In this document: piece after piece, positions 21,085 to 36,067 of the stretch
How the letters are laid out: every line of letters starts with the position of its first letter
Numbering within the stretch: position 1 is the first letter of the stretch
NCBI GenBank assembly: GCA_046757965.1
Contig: JBHHZI010000005.1
Coordinates: forward strand, 1-52,406
Reading direction: 5' to 3'
Source of the DNA: Acidobacteriota bacterium
GTDB taxonomy: Bacteria > Acidobacteriota > Polarisedimenticolia > SMYD01
DNA: 52,406 bases
The notes under the pieces: generated by a model
What the model was told of the DNA's origin: nothing
The model's database searches: none
The model's input: the letters and a program-made list of their open reading frames with translations, nothing else
Made by a program: the position numbers and the translations under genes

Positions 21085-22602
21085 CTACTTGCCGATGCAG
21101 AAGGTGGAGAAGATCCGCTCGTACATCTCGTCGAGGCCGCCACGCCCGGTCAGTTCCGCCAGACAGACCAGCGCCTCACCGATCGGCACCGCCAGCATCT
21201 CCTCGCCGGCTCTCCGCTGCGTCGCGGCAGCCGCCTCCGCCACGGCGCGGCGCGCCGCCTCCAGCCGTTCCTTCTGGCGCAGGCGTGTCACCAGGGGCAG
21301 GTCGCCGATCTCCTGGCGCGGAGCAAGACGGTCGAGGATGGCGGCGCGCAACGGCGCCATGCCCTCGCCGGTGCGGGCAGACACGGCCAGGCGTGTCCGG
21401 GTGTCGGGAGACACCGACATCGCGGTGGCCCGCCCGCCGGCGGGCGGGACCAGATCGATCTTGTTGAGGACCGGCAACGGACGGCTCCCGCCGGGGAACT
21501 CCGGTGGCAACAGGGGAGTGGTCTCGTCCACCGCGTTCACCCAGACCACCAGGTCGGAGGCGAGCCGCTCGCTTGCCCCACGTCGCTGTCCCTCCTTCTC
21601 GATCGAATCCGCTGCGCCGGGAACCGCTGCCGACCGGGCGATGCCGGGCGCCGGGGCCCGCTCTCCGGCCGTGTCGACCAGTGTGATCGGCAGGCCGTCC
21701 CAGTCGACGTCTGCCTCCACCACGTCGCGCGTGGTTCCCGGAATGGAGCTGACGATGGCTCGATCGATACCTAATAACTTATTGAAAATACTGGATTTAC
21801 CAGTATTCACCGGGCCCGAGAAGACGACCCGGGCGCCGCTCCTCAGGCGCAGACCGCGCGCTGCATCCGACACCAGACGGTCCAGCGCCGCCTGCTGGAC
21901 CGCCAGGCCCGCCGACAGCGCGTGCCAGTCGAGAAAATCCTCCGTCTCGGTGGCGGAGAACTCGAGACTGCCCTCGATGCGTGCCAGCCAGTCGACCAGC
22001 GCCCGGCGGATCGGTTCCACCGCGGCGGACAGCGCGCCCCGTTGCTGGCGGTGAGCCACGCGCGCCTGCTGCTCGGTGCGCGCCTGGATCAGATCATCGA
22101 TGGCCTCGGCCTGCACGGCGTCGAGACGACCATGGAGGAACGCCCGGTAGCTGAACTCACCCGGACCGGCAGGCCGGGCCCCGAAGCGGACGGCCGCCGC
22201 CAGCATGCGGCGCAGGACCACCGGACTGCCGTGCAGCGTCAGTTCGATCAGGTCCTCGCCCGTCGGGCTGTCGGCAGCAGGGAAATAGATCAGGACGCCG
22301 GTGTCGATCTCTTCCATCGCCACGCTGGCGACAGCCTGGTGCCGGCCGGCGAGGGACGCCGGCGACCGCTCGGGCGCTGCGCTCGTGTCTCCGGGCAACG
22401 CCGGACCGGCCGCCACACGGGCGCTGCCGGTCACCGCCTGGCGCGCCACGGGAAACGGGCCGCCGGCGCGCCAGGGGCGGAAGAGCTGACGGGCGAGGGA
22501 AACCGCATCGGACCCGGAGAAGCGCACCAGCCCGAGAGCTCCCCGCCCGGGTGGTGTGGCGATGGCCGCGATGGTGTCGGCAGCATCCGGGTGGGGAGTC
22601 AT
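21085..22602 (-). CDS. mnmE: tRNA modification GTPase MnmE (TrmE)
   Basis: DTIAAIATPPG, GEFSYRAFLHG, G1 GPVNTGKSS, G2 PGTTRD, G3 DTAG, G4 NKID and C-terminal FCIGK. Confidence 0.95.
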   Translation of the reverse strand: MTPHPDAADTIAAIATPPGRGALGLVRFSGSDAVSLARQLFRPWRAGGPFPVARQAVTGSARVAAGPALPGDTSAAPERSPASLAGRHQAVASVAMEEIDTGVLIYFPAADSPTGEDLIELTLHGSPVVLRRMLAAAVRFGARPAGPGEFSYRAFLHGRLDAVQAEAIDDLIQARTEQQARVAHRQQRGALSAAVEPIRRALVDWLARIEGSLEFSATETEDFLDWHALSAGLAVQQAALDRLVSDAARGLRLRSGARVVFSGPVNTGKSSIFNKLLGIDRAIVSSIPGTTRDVVEADVDWDGLPITLVDTAGERAPAPGIARSAAVPGAADSIEKEGQRRGASERLASDLVVWVNAVDETTPLLPPEFPGGSRPLPVLNKIDLVPPAGGRATAMSVSPDTRTRLAVSARTGEGMAPLRAAILDRLAPRQEIGDLPLVTRLRQKERLEAARRAVAEAAAATQRRAGEEMLAVPIGEALVCLAELTGRGGLDEMYERIFSTFCIGK

Positions 22603-22627
22603 GTCAGGCACACCCCGGAGGACGGGG

Positions 22628-24433
22628 TCAGGCCTTGCGGCCCGCCGTGGCCCGTCGCCCCGCGCCGCCGGCTGGAATGGCCTCGCGGGCGTGACGCTTG
22701 TTGATCATCGCCCGCTGGATGAGGCCGAGCAGGTTGTTGACCAGCCAGTAGACGACCAGGCCGGCCGGCATCTTCAGGAAGAAGAAGGTGAACAGCAGCG
22801 GCGACAGGTACATCATGCGCCGCTGCATCGGATCGGGCATGGCAGCACCGCTGAGGACCTGCTGGGCGATCATCGAGCCGCCCATCACGATGGGCAGGAC
22901 GTAGTACGGGTCCATCGAGGCCAGATCGTGAATCCACAGGATGAAGGGCGCCTGGCGCAGCTCGATGGCGGCCTCCAGAAGATTGTAGAAGGCGAGCAGG
23001 ACCGGCATCTGCAGGAGCAGGGGCAGGCACCCGGTGATGTTGCTGGCCGGGTTGATGCCTTCCTTCTTGTACAGGTCCATCACCTCCTGGTTCATCTTCT
23101 GTCGCGACTCGATGTCCTTCTTGCCGGCTTTCCGGTGCCGGTCGCGGATCCGCTGGACCAGCGGATGGACGCGTTTCATCTTCTCCTGATTGCGCTTCAT
23201 GGAGAGCATGGAGCGGTGCCGGATCGGCCACATCACGCCGTTGATGACGAAGGTCAGCAGGACGATGGCCCAGCCCCAGTTCGAGACGACGCGCGCCTGG
23301 ATGTAGATCAGCGCGTGGAACAGACCCCGGGTCAGCGGCGTGACCAGCGGCACGCGACTCTGGAAGTAGACCACCTCCTCGAGATGGCGCCCCATGGACC
23401 GCAGCAACTGGTAGTTCTTCGGTCCGACATAGATCCCGACCGGCGTGCCGTCGCCGGGCGTCATCAACGACACCGCGATCCCCGGCGTCGGCTTCCCACC
23501 GTCGGCGGCCGGCACCTCGGCATAGGCCGCGTCGAACCTCCCGGTGGTCGCGGGGAGCAGCAGGGCAGCGAAGTAGGTGTCTTCCAGACCGCCCCAGGCG
23601 GCGTTCTCCCCCAGGAGGATCCGTTCCCCGGGGTCGAGCGAGCCGGCACTCTTGCGGACCGGCTTGGGCAGCGCATCGACCAGCGCCTGGCCGCGGTAAC
23701 TGAACCGGCTCGCCGACCCGTTCTTGAAGGTTTCGCCAAAACCCGCACCCCAGGCCAAGGCGGCCGGCACCGGTCCACCGCTGTCGCGGACGGACAGCTT
23801 CACCGTGGCCAGGAATCCCGGGCCGACGTGCACCGTCTTGACGACCTCGTCACCGGTGCCATCTGCCCAGGTCATCACCACCTCGGGGGCGGCGGCGGTT
23901 CCCTGGCGTTCGATCCGGTAGAGAGCCGCGTTTGCGGCCTTCTCCAGGGCGGCCGCCGCACGACCTGCGTCGGTCTGTTCCGTGGCCCGGGGAAACTGCA
24001 CTGCCAGGGGCAGCCAGCCCGACAGGGCCGCGGTGTCACTGGCCAGGTCCGCCTCGTTCCAGGTCCGGACTCGATCCTGCAGCGCGGGACCGGGCACCAG
24101 TTCCAGATTGTCGCCGCTGGAGTCCTTGTAGGTCTTGAGCTTCCAGCTCAGGATCCGGGCGCCCTTGTTGGTGAACACCACCAGCGCATCGTCGGTCTCG
24201 ACCCGGACGATCTCGGGGGTCGCCGCGCCGATGGCGGCCTCGGCGCCCGGCACATCCGGAGCGACAGGACGTGGTTCGGCGCCCGGTTCCGCTGCCGGTG
24301 GGCCGCCGTCAGCGACCTCCGCGACGGCGGCAGGTGCCGGGGGTTGCGGCGACTCGGGCTGCGGAAACAGCATCTGCCAGGCGAACAGGACGGCCAGTGA
24401 CAGACCGACGGCGAGAAGGGCTCGGCGTTCCAT
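22628..24433 (-). CDS. yidC: Membrane protein insertase YidC
   Basis: N-terminal TM and periplasmic domain; NWGWAIVLLT, GCLPLLLQMP, DPYYVLPI and PAGLVVYW motifs. Confidence 0.96.
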   Translation of the reverse strand: MERRALLAVGLSLAVLFAWQMLFPQPESPQPPAPAAVAEVADGGPPAAEPGAEPRPVAPDVPGAEAAIGAATPEIVRVETDDALVVFTNKGARILSWKLKTYKDSSGDNLELVPGPALQDRVRTWNEADLASDTAALSGWLPLAVQFPRATEQTDAGRAAAALEKAANAALYRIERQGTAAAPEVVMTWADGTGDEVVKTVHVGPGFLATVKLSVRDSGGPVPAALAWGAGFGETFKNGSASRFSYRGQALVDALPKPVRKSAGSLDPGERILLGENAAWGGLEDTYFAALLLPATTGRFDAAYAEVPAADGGKPTPGIAVSLMTPGDGTPVGIYVGPKNYQLLRSMGRHLEEVVYFQSRVPLVTPLTRGLFHALIYIQARVVSNWGWAIVLLTFVINGVMWPIRHRSMLSMKRNQEKMKRVHPLVQRIRDRHRKAGKKDIESRQKMNQEVMDLYKKEGINPASNITGCLPLLLQMPVLLAFYNLLEAAIELRQAPFILWIHDLASMDPYYVLPIVMGGSMIAQQVLSGAAMPDPMQRRMMYLSPLLFTFFFLKMPAGLVVYWLVNNLLGLIQRAMINKRHAREAIPAGGAGRRATAGRKA

Positions 24434-24475
24434 AGGGGGGGTTTCGTCCGACTCCGTGAGAAGGGAAGCGCGCGG

Positions 24476-24697
24476 CTAGACCAGCGGGTCGAAGCCACCC
24501 CGCGCGAAGGGGTGGCACCGGCAGATCCGGCAAATCGCCCGCCACCCGCCGCGCACCACCCCGTAGCGCTCGATGGCGGCGGCGCCGTACTCCGAACAGG
24601 TGGGGTGATAGCGACAGGCTGGAGGCAGCAGAGGAGAGACGAGCAGCTTGTAGGCACGCAGGAGGAGGAGCGCCGCACGCCGGGCGAGGCGTCTCAT
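24476..24697 (-). CDS. yidD: Membrane protein insertion efficiency factor YidD
   Basis: SPLLPPACRYHPTCSEY and RCHPF..GGFDP motifs. Confidence 0.95.
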   Translation of the reverse strand: MRRLARRAALLLLRAYKLLVSPLLPPACRYHPTCSEYGAAAIERYGVVRGGWRAICRICRCHPFARGGFDPLV

Positions 24698-25101
24698 CGT
24701 CCGGGTCCCTGGCGAGCCGGAACGCGACCGGTATCGCGCCTCGCCCGCTGCACCGCCGTCAGCAAGCTCGACGCGAGCCGTTCGAAGGGCATCATGGCCA
24801 TCTCGCGCCGCCCGTTCACCACGATATCCAGCGAGCCATCCAGCTTCTCCCGATGGAGACGGAACACCTCACGCAGGCGCCTCTTGATCCGGTTGCGCCG
24901 CACCGCTCCACCGACACGCCGTGACACCGACAGGCCCAGCCGGTGACCTGCGGTGGCTCCCGGAGCGACCACCACGGACATTCCCGGCGCAAATCCGCGA
25001 CCGCCGGTGGCGTACACCCGGTCGAACTCCCGTCTGGTTCGGATGCGATTGTCCCGCGTGAAGCGCCGATCCACGGCGCTTGAAGGCGCCGAACCGTGCA
25101 T
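24694..25101 (-). CDS. rnpA: Ribonuclease P protein component
   Basis: RLGLSVSRRVGGAVRRNRIKRRLRE (RNR motif); position between rpmH and yidD. Confidence 0.93.
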   Translation of the reverse strand: MHGSAPSSAVDRRFTRDNRIRTRREFDRVYATGGRGFAPGMSVVVAPGATAGHRLGLSVSRRVGGAVRRNRIKRRLREVFRLHREKLDGSLDIVVNGRREMAMMPFERLASSLLTAVQRARRDTGRVPARQGPGR

Positions 25102-25109
25102 GGTACGGC

Positions 25110-25244
25110 TCAGACCCCGAGCCGGCGCCGGCCCTTGCGCCGGCGCCGTGCGATCACCGCGCGGCCGCCCCTCGTCCGCATGCGGACGAGGAACCCGTGG
25201 GTCCGCTTTCTCTTGCGATTGTTCGGCTGAAACGTCCGTTTCAT
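25110..25244 (-). CDS. rpmH: 50S ribosomal protein L34 (44 aa, absent from the ORF track)
   Basis: Manual translation gives [44 protein letters not shown]. Confidence 0.97.
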   Translation of the reverse strand: MKRTFQPNNRKRKRTHGFLVRMRTRGGRAVIARRRRKGRRRLGV

Positions 25245-25326
25245 GTCCAGATCTTTCGCTCGACGGCCGGTTCACGGGCATGGCGCACAATGGCTCCGAC
25301 CGCCTGATTCTTCGTGCGAAGCCCTG

Positions 25327-25355
25327 ATTCTAGGAACAGTTCTGCAGGGTGTCAA
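25327..25355 (-). promoter_or_regulatory. sigma70 promoter of the rpmH-rnpA-yidD-yidC operon
   Basis: TTGACA-N17-TAGAAT on the minus strand, near consensus. Confidence 0.8.
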
Positions 25356-25412
25356 GCACTGCCGGGGAGACGCCACACACCACGATCTTATCTTTCAATC
25401 ACTTGCGCAATC

Positions 25413-25421
25413 TGTGGAAAA
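25413..25421 (-). promoter_or_regulatory. DnaA box
   Basis: TGTGGAAAA (reverse complement TTTTCCACA, fits TTWTNCACA), just upstream of the putative dnaA -35. Confidence 0.7.
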
Positions 25422-25426
25422 ATGGC

Positions 25427-25456
25427 TGGACATCCCGATTGGCGCCGTGTTAGGAT
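25427..25456 (+). promoter_or_regulatory. Putative dnaA promoter
   Basis: TGGACA-N18-TAGGAT with extended TG (TGt-TAGGAT). Confidence 0.5.
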
Positions 25457-25672
25457 GCACCCGTTCCACACGTCGAGGGTGGAACGACCCGGTTCAGCAT
25501 CAAAACACGGTCGTCAAGGTCGTACCCCAACAGACTGGATCTCTGTCTGAGGCTGAGAAAATGACTCTGCCGCACGGGAGAATTTCGTCTGCGCGTCCTG
25601 TTCGCTCCAGCGAACCGATTGTCTCGTGTCATCCATAACATGGTAGAAAAAATGGACTTATCATTTTTTATC

Positions 25673-25703
25673 TTTTCCACAGTTGTTAAAAACTTGTGGA
25701 AAA
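25673..25703. promoter_or_regulatory. Inverted pair of DnaA boxes in an AT-rich dnaA leader
   Basis: TTTTCCACA (25673-25681), 13-nt spacer, TGTGGAAAA (25695-25703), within the AT-rich stretch ~25635-25705. Confidence 0.75.
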
Positions 25704-25715
25704 AGGGCGGTGGGG

Positions 25716-27050
25716 ATGAACAGATGGGAATGTGTCCTCCAGGGCGTCGAGAAACGGATCAACAAGCATTCCTTCCGGACCTGGTTCCGCCCGACCAGAC
25801 TCATCCGGGCACTTGACGGACACCTCACGGTTCGTGTTCCCAATCAGCTCTTTCTCGAGTGGATCCAGAGCAACTACCGGACCATTGTCGATGAGGTGAT
25901 CGCCGGCATGGAATCGGACATCCGGTCCGTCTCCTTCACCTGTGCCGGAACAGATCCAGACACTACCGTCCCGGATGGCGGCGCCGGGATGGACACAGAG
26001 GCCAGGGGGCCCGCGGCCACGCCGTGCCGGCCGTCCAGGCGCACCATCACACCCCGGTACACCTTCCAGAATTTCGTCGTCTCCTCCTGCAACCAGTTCG
26101 CCCACGCCGCCGCCAGGGCGGTTGCGGAGAAACCGAGCCACGCCTACAACCCTCTCTACATCTACGGCGGTGTCGGACTCGGCAAGACGCATCTGTTGCA
26201 TGCCATCGGCAACGTCATCAAGAACGAGGATCCGTCGTCCGTGATCCTCTACATCTCCAGCGAGAACTTCATGAACGAGCTGATCAATGCGATCCGCTTC
26301 GAGAAGACGTTCGAGTTCAAGGAGAAGTACCGGAATGTGGATGTCCTGCTCATGGATGACATCCAGTTCCTCGAGGGTAAGGAACGCACCCAGGAGGAGT
26401 TCTTTCACACCTTCAACCAGCTCTATGAACTCCAGAAACAGATCGTGATCAGTTCCGACTGTCGTCCCAGGGAGATCTCCACACTCGAGGAGCGCCTGCG
26501 CTCCCGCTTCGAGTGGGGACTGATCGCCGACATCCAGCCACCCGATCTGGAAACCAAGGTGGCGATTCTGAACAAGAAGGCGGCCGATGAAGGGGTCACA
26601 CTTCCCCAGGATGTCTCTCTCTATGTCGCGTCCAAGGTGAAGTCCAATATTCGTGAACTCGAGGGGTGTCTGGTCCGCACGATCGCTTACGCGTCACTCA
26701 CCGGAAGGCCCATCGATCTCGAGCTCACGACGGAGACGTTGCATGACATCGTGAGCGAGGCCGCTCACGCGATCACCGTCGAGACCATCCAGAAGCTCGT
26801 GGCCGGCTTCTACCGGCTCAAGACATCCGACCTGAGGTCGCGGAACAACTCGAAGAACGTCGCGCTCCCACGGCATGTCGCCATGTATCTGTCCAAGTCG
26901 ATGACCCACTGCTCACTTCCCGAGATCGGCCGTCGCTTCGGAAAAAAGCATCACTCGACGGTCCTGCATGCCATCCGCAAGGTGGAGCGTCTCCGTGCTG
27001 AACCAGAATTCGACAGACAGATGCAGTCATTCATCGAAGCTCTCCAGTGA
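25716..27050 (+). CDS. dnaA: Chromosomal replication initiator DnaA
   Basis: YTFQNFV, YNPLYIYGGVGLGKTHL, DDIQF, QEEFFHTFN, RLRSRFEWG, NIRELEG and HSTVLHA motifs. Confidence 0.98.
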   Translation: MNRWECVLQGVEKRINKHSFRTWFRPTRLIRALDGHLTVRVPNQLFLEWIQSNYRTIVDEVIAGMESDIRSVSFTCAGTDPDTTVPDGGAGMDTEARGPAATPCRPSRRTITPRYTFQNFVVSSCNQFAHAAARAVAEKPSHAYNPLYIYGGVGLGKTHLLHAIGNVIKNEDPSSVILYISSENFMNELINAIRFEKTFEFKEKYRNVDVLLMDDIQFLEGKERTQEEFFHTFNQLYELQKQIVISSDCRPREISTLEERLRSRFEWGLIADIQPPDLETKVAILNKKAADEGVTLPQDVSLYVASKVKSNIRELEGCLVRTIAYASLTGRPIDLELTTETLHDIVSEAAHAITVETIQKLVAGFYRLKTSDLRSRNNSKNVALPRHVAMYLSKSMTHCSLPEIGRRFGKKHHSTVLHAIRKVERLRAEPEFDRQMQSFIEALQ

Positions 27051-27296
27051 CTTGCACGATCCATACACACCCTTGCATGGTGACCAACCTGTGGAATCCG
27101 TCATCGCACTCCACAGTTTCCAGCCTGACATCTTTCCCACACGATGTCGACAGCCTTCTCCAGCCTGCCTCGACCCGATGAACGGCCTGCTCCACCGGCA
27201 GTTCGACCATCCATTGATCTTTTCCACAGACACTACAACTGGTACTAGTATGTACTTGCTCTTCATATCATTGACTTGTCGTTGATGGAGGTCGTG
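27051..27296. other. Probable oriC unwinding region (dnaA-dnaN spacer)
   Basis: DnaA box TTTTCCACA at 27220-27228 and weaker boxes at 27090-27098 and 27133-27141, followed by NAN trinucleotide (DnaA-trio-like) repeats and an AT-richer tract. Confidence 0.7.
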
Positions 27297-28428
27297 GTGG
27301 AATTCATCGTGAACAAGGAAGACCTGCTCCCCGAGTTGACTCTGATCCAGGGGGTCATCGAGCGCAAGACCACGATGCCGATCCTGTCGAACCTGCTACT
27401 GAAGGCAACCGCAGAAGGCGTGGAACTGCTGGCCACGGATCTCGATGTCGGCCTGAAGACGCGCTGCGAGGCCCAGGTGACGGGTCAGGGTGAGGTCACC
27501 GTCCAGGCTCGCAAGCTCTTCGATGTGGTCAAGAGTCTGCCTGGTGGTGAGATCCGCTTCAAGGTGGCCGGCAGTGCTGATCTCGGCATCACCTGCGGCA
27601 AGTCGCGGTTCAAGCTGCGTGGCCTGCCCGCAGCCGATTTTCCCGCGCTCCCGGATGCCACCGTCGAGCAGCCGGTCCACCTGACCGGCATTGACCTGCG
27701 AGATCTGGTGGCGAAGGTCCTGTTCGCCGTGACCGTGGATGATCCTGTCTATTCGCTCAACGGGGCGCTGCTGCGCATCGACGGCAAGACGCTGACTCTG
27801 GTGGCCACCGATGGACATCGGCTCGCCTATGTGTCCCGCGAGCTCAATATCGATCCGGTGAAGACGCCCCTGGAGAGGGTCGTGCACCGCAAGACGCTAT
27901 CCGAGCTGTCGAAGATGTTGGCCGAATCGGGTAATGACACCGTCTCCTGCGGGGAGGTGGCCAACCATCTTCTGTTCCGCTCGGCTCGCTCGACGCTGTT
28001 CTCCCGTTTTCTCGACAAGTCGTTCCCGGCCTTCGAGAAGGTGCTTCCGGAGGGCAATGATCAGCATCTGATGGCGGACCGTGGGGCGCTGACTGGCGCC
28101 TTGAAGCGTGTCTCCCTGCTGTCGAGTGAGCGGTCCCGGGCTGTGCGTCTCTCCGTGGAGGCGGGCAGCCTGGAGATCTCGTCGAATTCACCGGAACTGG
28201 GTGAGGCGATGGAGACCCTGCCGGTGGACTACACCGGGAAGCCGATGGCCATCGGCTTCAATGCTCGCTATCTGGTGGATTTTCTGGATGTGGTGAGTGA
28301 CGAGAAGGTTCGTCTGTCGCTGAAGGATGCTGACACCCAGGGGTTGCTGACCCCCGGCGAGGAGCATCCCGAGGACTACCGCTACGTGGTGATGCCGATG
28401 CAGCTGCGCGGGGAAGAAGGGGCGAAAG

Positions 28429-28439
<11 letters not shown>
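27297..28439 (+). CDS. dnaN: DNA polymerase III beta sliding clamp
   Basis: PILSNLL, LATDLD, LVATDGHRL, GFNARYLVD and YVVMPM motifs. GTG 27297 with RBS GGAGG. Confidence 0.97.
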
Positions 28440-34503
<6,064 letters not shown>

Positions 34504-34510
34504 CGCGGTC

Positions 34511-36055
34511 TTGACCGACCGTCTCGACGATCTGCGCCGTCGCAACGAGGCGGCCCGGCAGGGAGGCGGGCCGGAGCGCATCCGGCGGCAGCATGACGCC
34601 GGCAAGCTCACGGCCCGGGAGCGCCTCGAGGTTCTCCTGGACCCCGGTTCCTTCGTCGAGTTCGATCGCTTCGTCATCCACCGGGCGACCGATTTCGGCA
34701 TGGACCGCCGGCGGATCCCCGGCGACGGCGTGGTGACCGGTCATGGCCGCATCGAGGGGCGGGACGTGATGGTCTTCGCCCAGGACTTCACCGTCTTCGG
34801 TGGCTCGCTGTCGGAGACCTACGCGGAGAAGATCTGCAAGGTGATGGATCACGCCGTGCGCAACGGCCTGCCGATCATCGGGCTGAACGATTCCGGTGGC
34901 GCCCGCATCCAGGAAGGCGTGGTCTCCCTGGGCGGCTATGCCGACATCTTCCTGCGCAATACCCTGGCCTCGGGCGTCGTGCCACAGCTCACCGCCATCA
35001 TGGGCCCCTGCGCCGGCGGGGCCGTGTACTCGCCGGCCATCACGGACTTCGTGGCGATGGTCCGGGATACGTCCTACATGTTCATCACCGGTCCCGACGT
35101 CATCCGCACCGTCACCCACGAGGAGGTCACCAAGGAGGATCTGGGCGGGGCGCGCACCCATGCCTCGGTGTCGGGTGTGGCGCACTTCGCCGTGGAGGAT
35201 GATCGCGCCTGCCTGCTGCTGTTGAGAACCTTGCTGGGATACTTGCCGAGCAACAACATGGAAGAACCGCCCTATCTCGCCACCGACGACCCGTCGGATC
35301 GCGAGGATGCCGTCCTGGACACCTTGATCCCGGAGCAGCCGAATCAACCGTACGACATGAAGCAGCTCATCGGCAGGGTGGTCGATGACGGCTGTTTTCT
35401 CGAGGTGCATGCGGAGTTCGCTCCGAACCTGGTCATCGGCTTCGCCCGTCTGGGCGGGGTCTCGGTCGGCATCGTGGCGAATCAGCCGGCCCATCTGGCC
35501 GGTGTGCTCGACATCGACTCGTCGCGCAAGGGCGCGCGGTTCGTCCGCTGCTGCGATGCGTTCAACGTCCCGCTGATCATCTTCGAGGACGTTCCCGGCT
35601 TCCTGCCCGGCACGGACCAGGAGTTTCGCGCCATCATCAATCATGGCGCCAAGCTGCTCTATGCCTTTGCCGAGGCCACGGTGCCCAAGATCACCGTCAT
35701 CACGCGCAAGGCCTATGGCGGGGCGTACTGCGTGATGGCCTCGAAGCATATCCGGGCCGACCTCAACCTGGCCTATCCCACCGCGGAGATCGCCGTCATG
35801 GGGCCCGAAGGCGCCGTGAACATCCTGTACCGGAAGGAGATTGCCGAGGCCGACGATCCGGAAGCGGTGCGGGCCGAGCAGGCTGCCCACTTCCGGGAGC
35901 GTTTCGCCAACCCGTACGGGGCGGCCGAGCGCGGCTTCATCGACGAGGTGATCGCGCCGCGTCGCACCCGGCCGCTTCTCATCCGCGGGCTGGAACTGCT
36001 ACGCAACAAGCGCGACAAGAATCCCCCCAAGAAGCACGGCAATATCCCTCTCTGA
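34511..36055 (+). CDS. pccB: Acyl-CoA (propionyl-CoA-like) carboxylase carboxyltransferase beta subunit
   Basis: [56 protein letters not shown] and [11 protein letters not shown] start. Confidence 0.93.
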   Translation: MTDRLDDLRRRNEAARQGGGPERIRRQHDAGKLTARERLEVLLDPGSFVEFDRFVIHRATDFGMDRRRIPGDGVVTGHGRIEGRDVMVFAQDFTVFGGSLSETYAEKICKVMDHAVRNGLPIIGLNDSGGARIQEGVVSLGGYADIFLRNTLASGVVPQLTAIMGPCAGGAVYSPAITDFVAMVRDTSYMFITGPDVIRTVTHEEVTKEDLGGARTHASVSGVAHFAVEDDRACLLLLRTLLGYLPSNNMEEPPYLATDDPSDREDAVLDTLIPEQPNQPYDMKQLIGRVVDDGCFLEVHAEFAPNLVIGFARLGGVSVGIVANQPAHLAGVLDIDSSRKGARFVRCCDAFNVPLIIFEDVPGFLPGTDQEFRAIINHGAKLLYAFAEATVPKITVITRKAYGGAYCVMASKHIRADLNLAYPTAEIAVMGPEGAVNILYRKEIAEADDPEAVRAEQAAHFRERFANPYGAAERGFIDEVIAPRRTRPLLIRGLELLRNKRDKNPPKKHGNIPL

Positions 36056-36067
36056 GACCGGAATCAC

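Noticed and set aside
21787-21807. E. coli-type LexA box (TACTG...CAGTA)
   Set aside because: The spacing is CTG-N7-CAG rather than CTG-N10-CAG. Kept only as an unassigned palindrome.
25243-25843. Short ORFs in the rpmH-dnaA spacer
   Set aside because: They overlap promoters and DnaA boxes, have atypical composition and show no homology cues.
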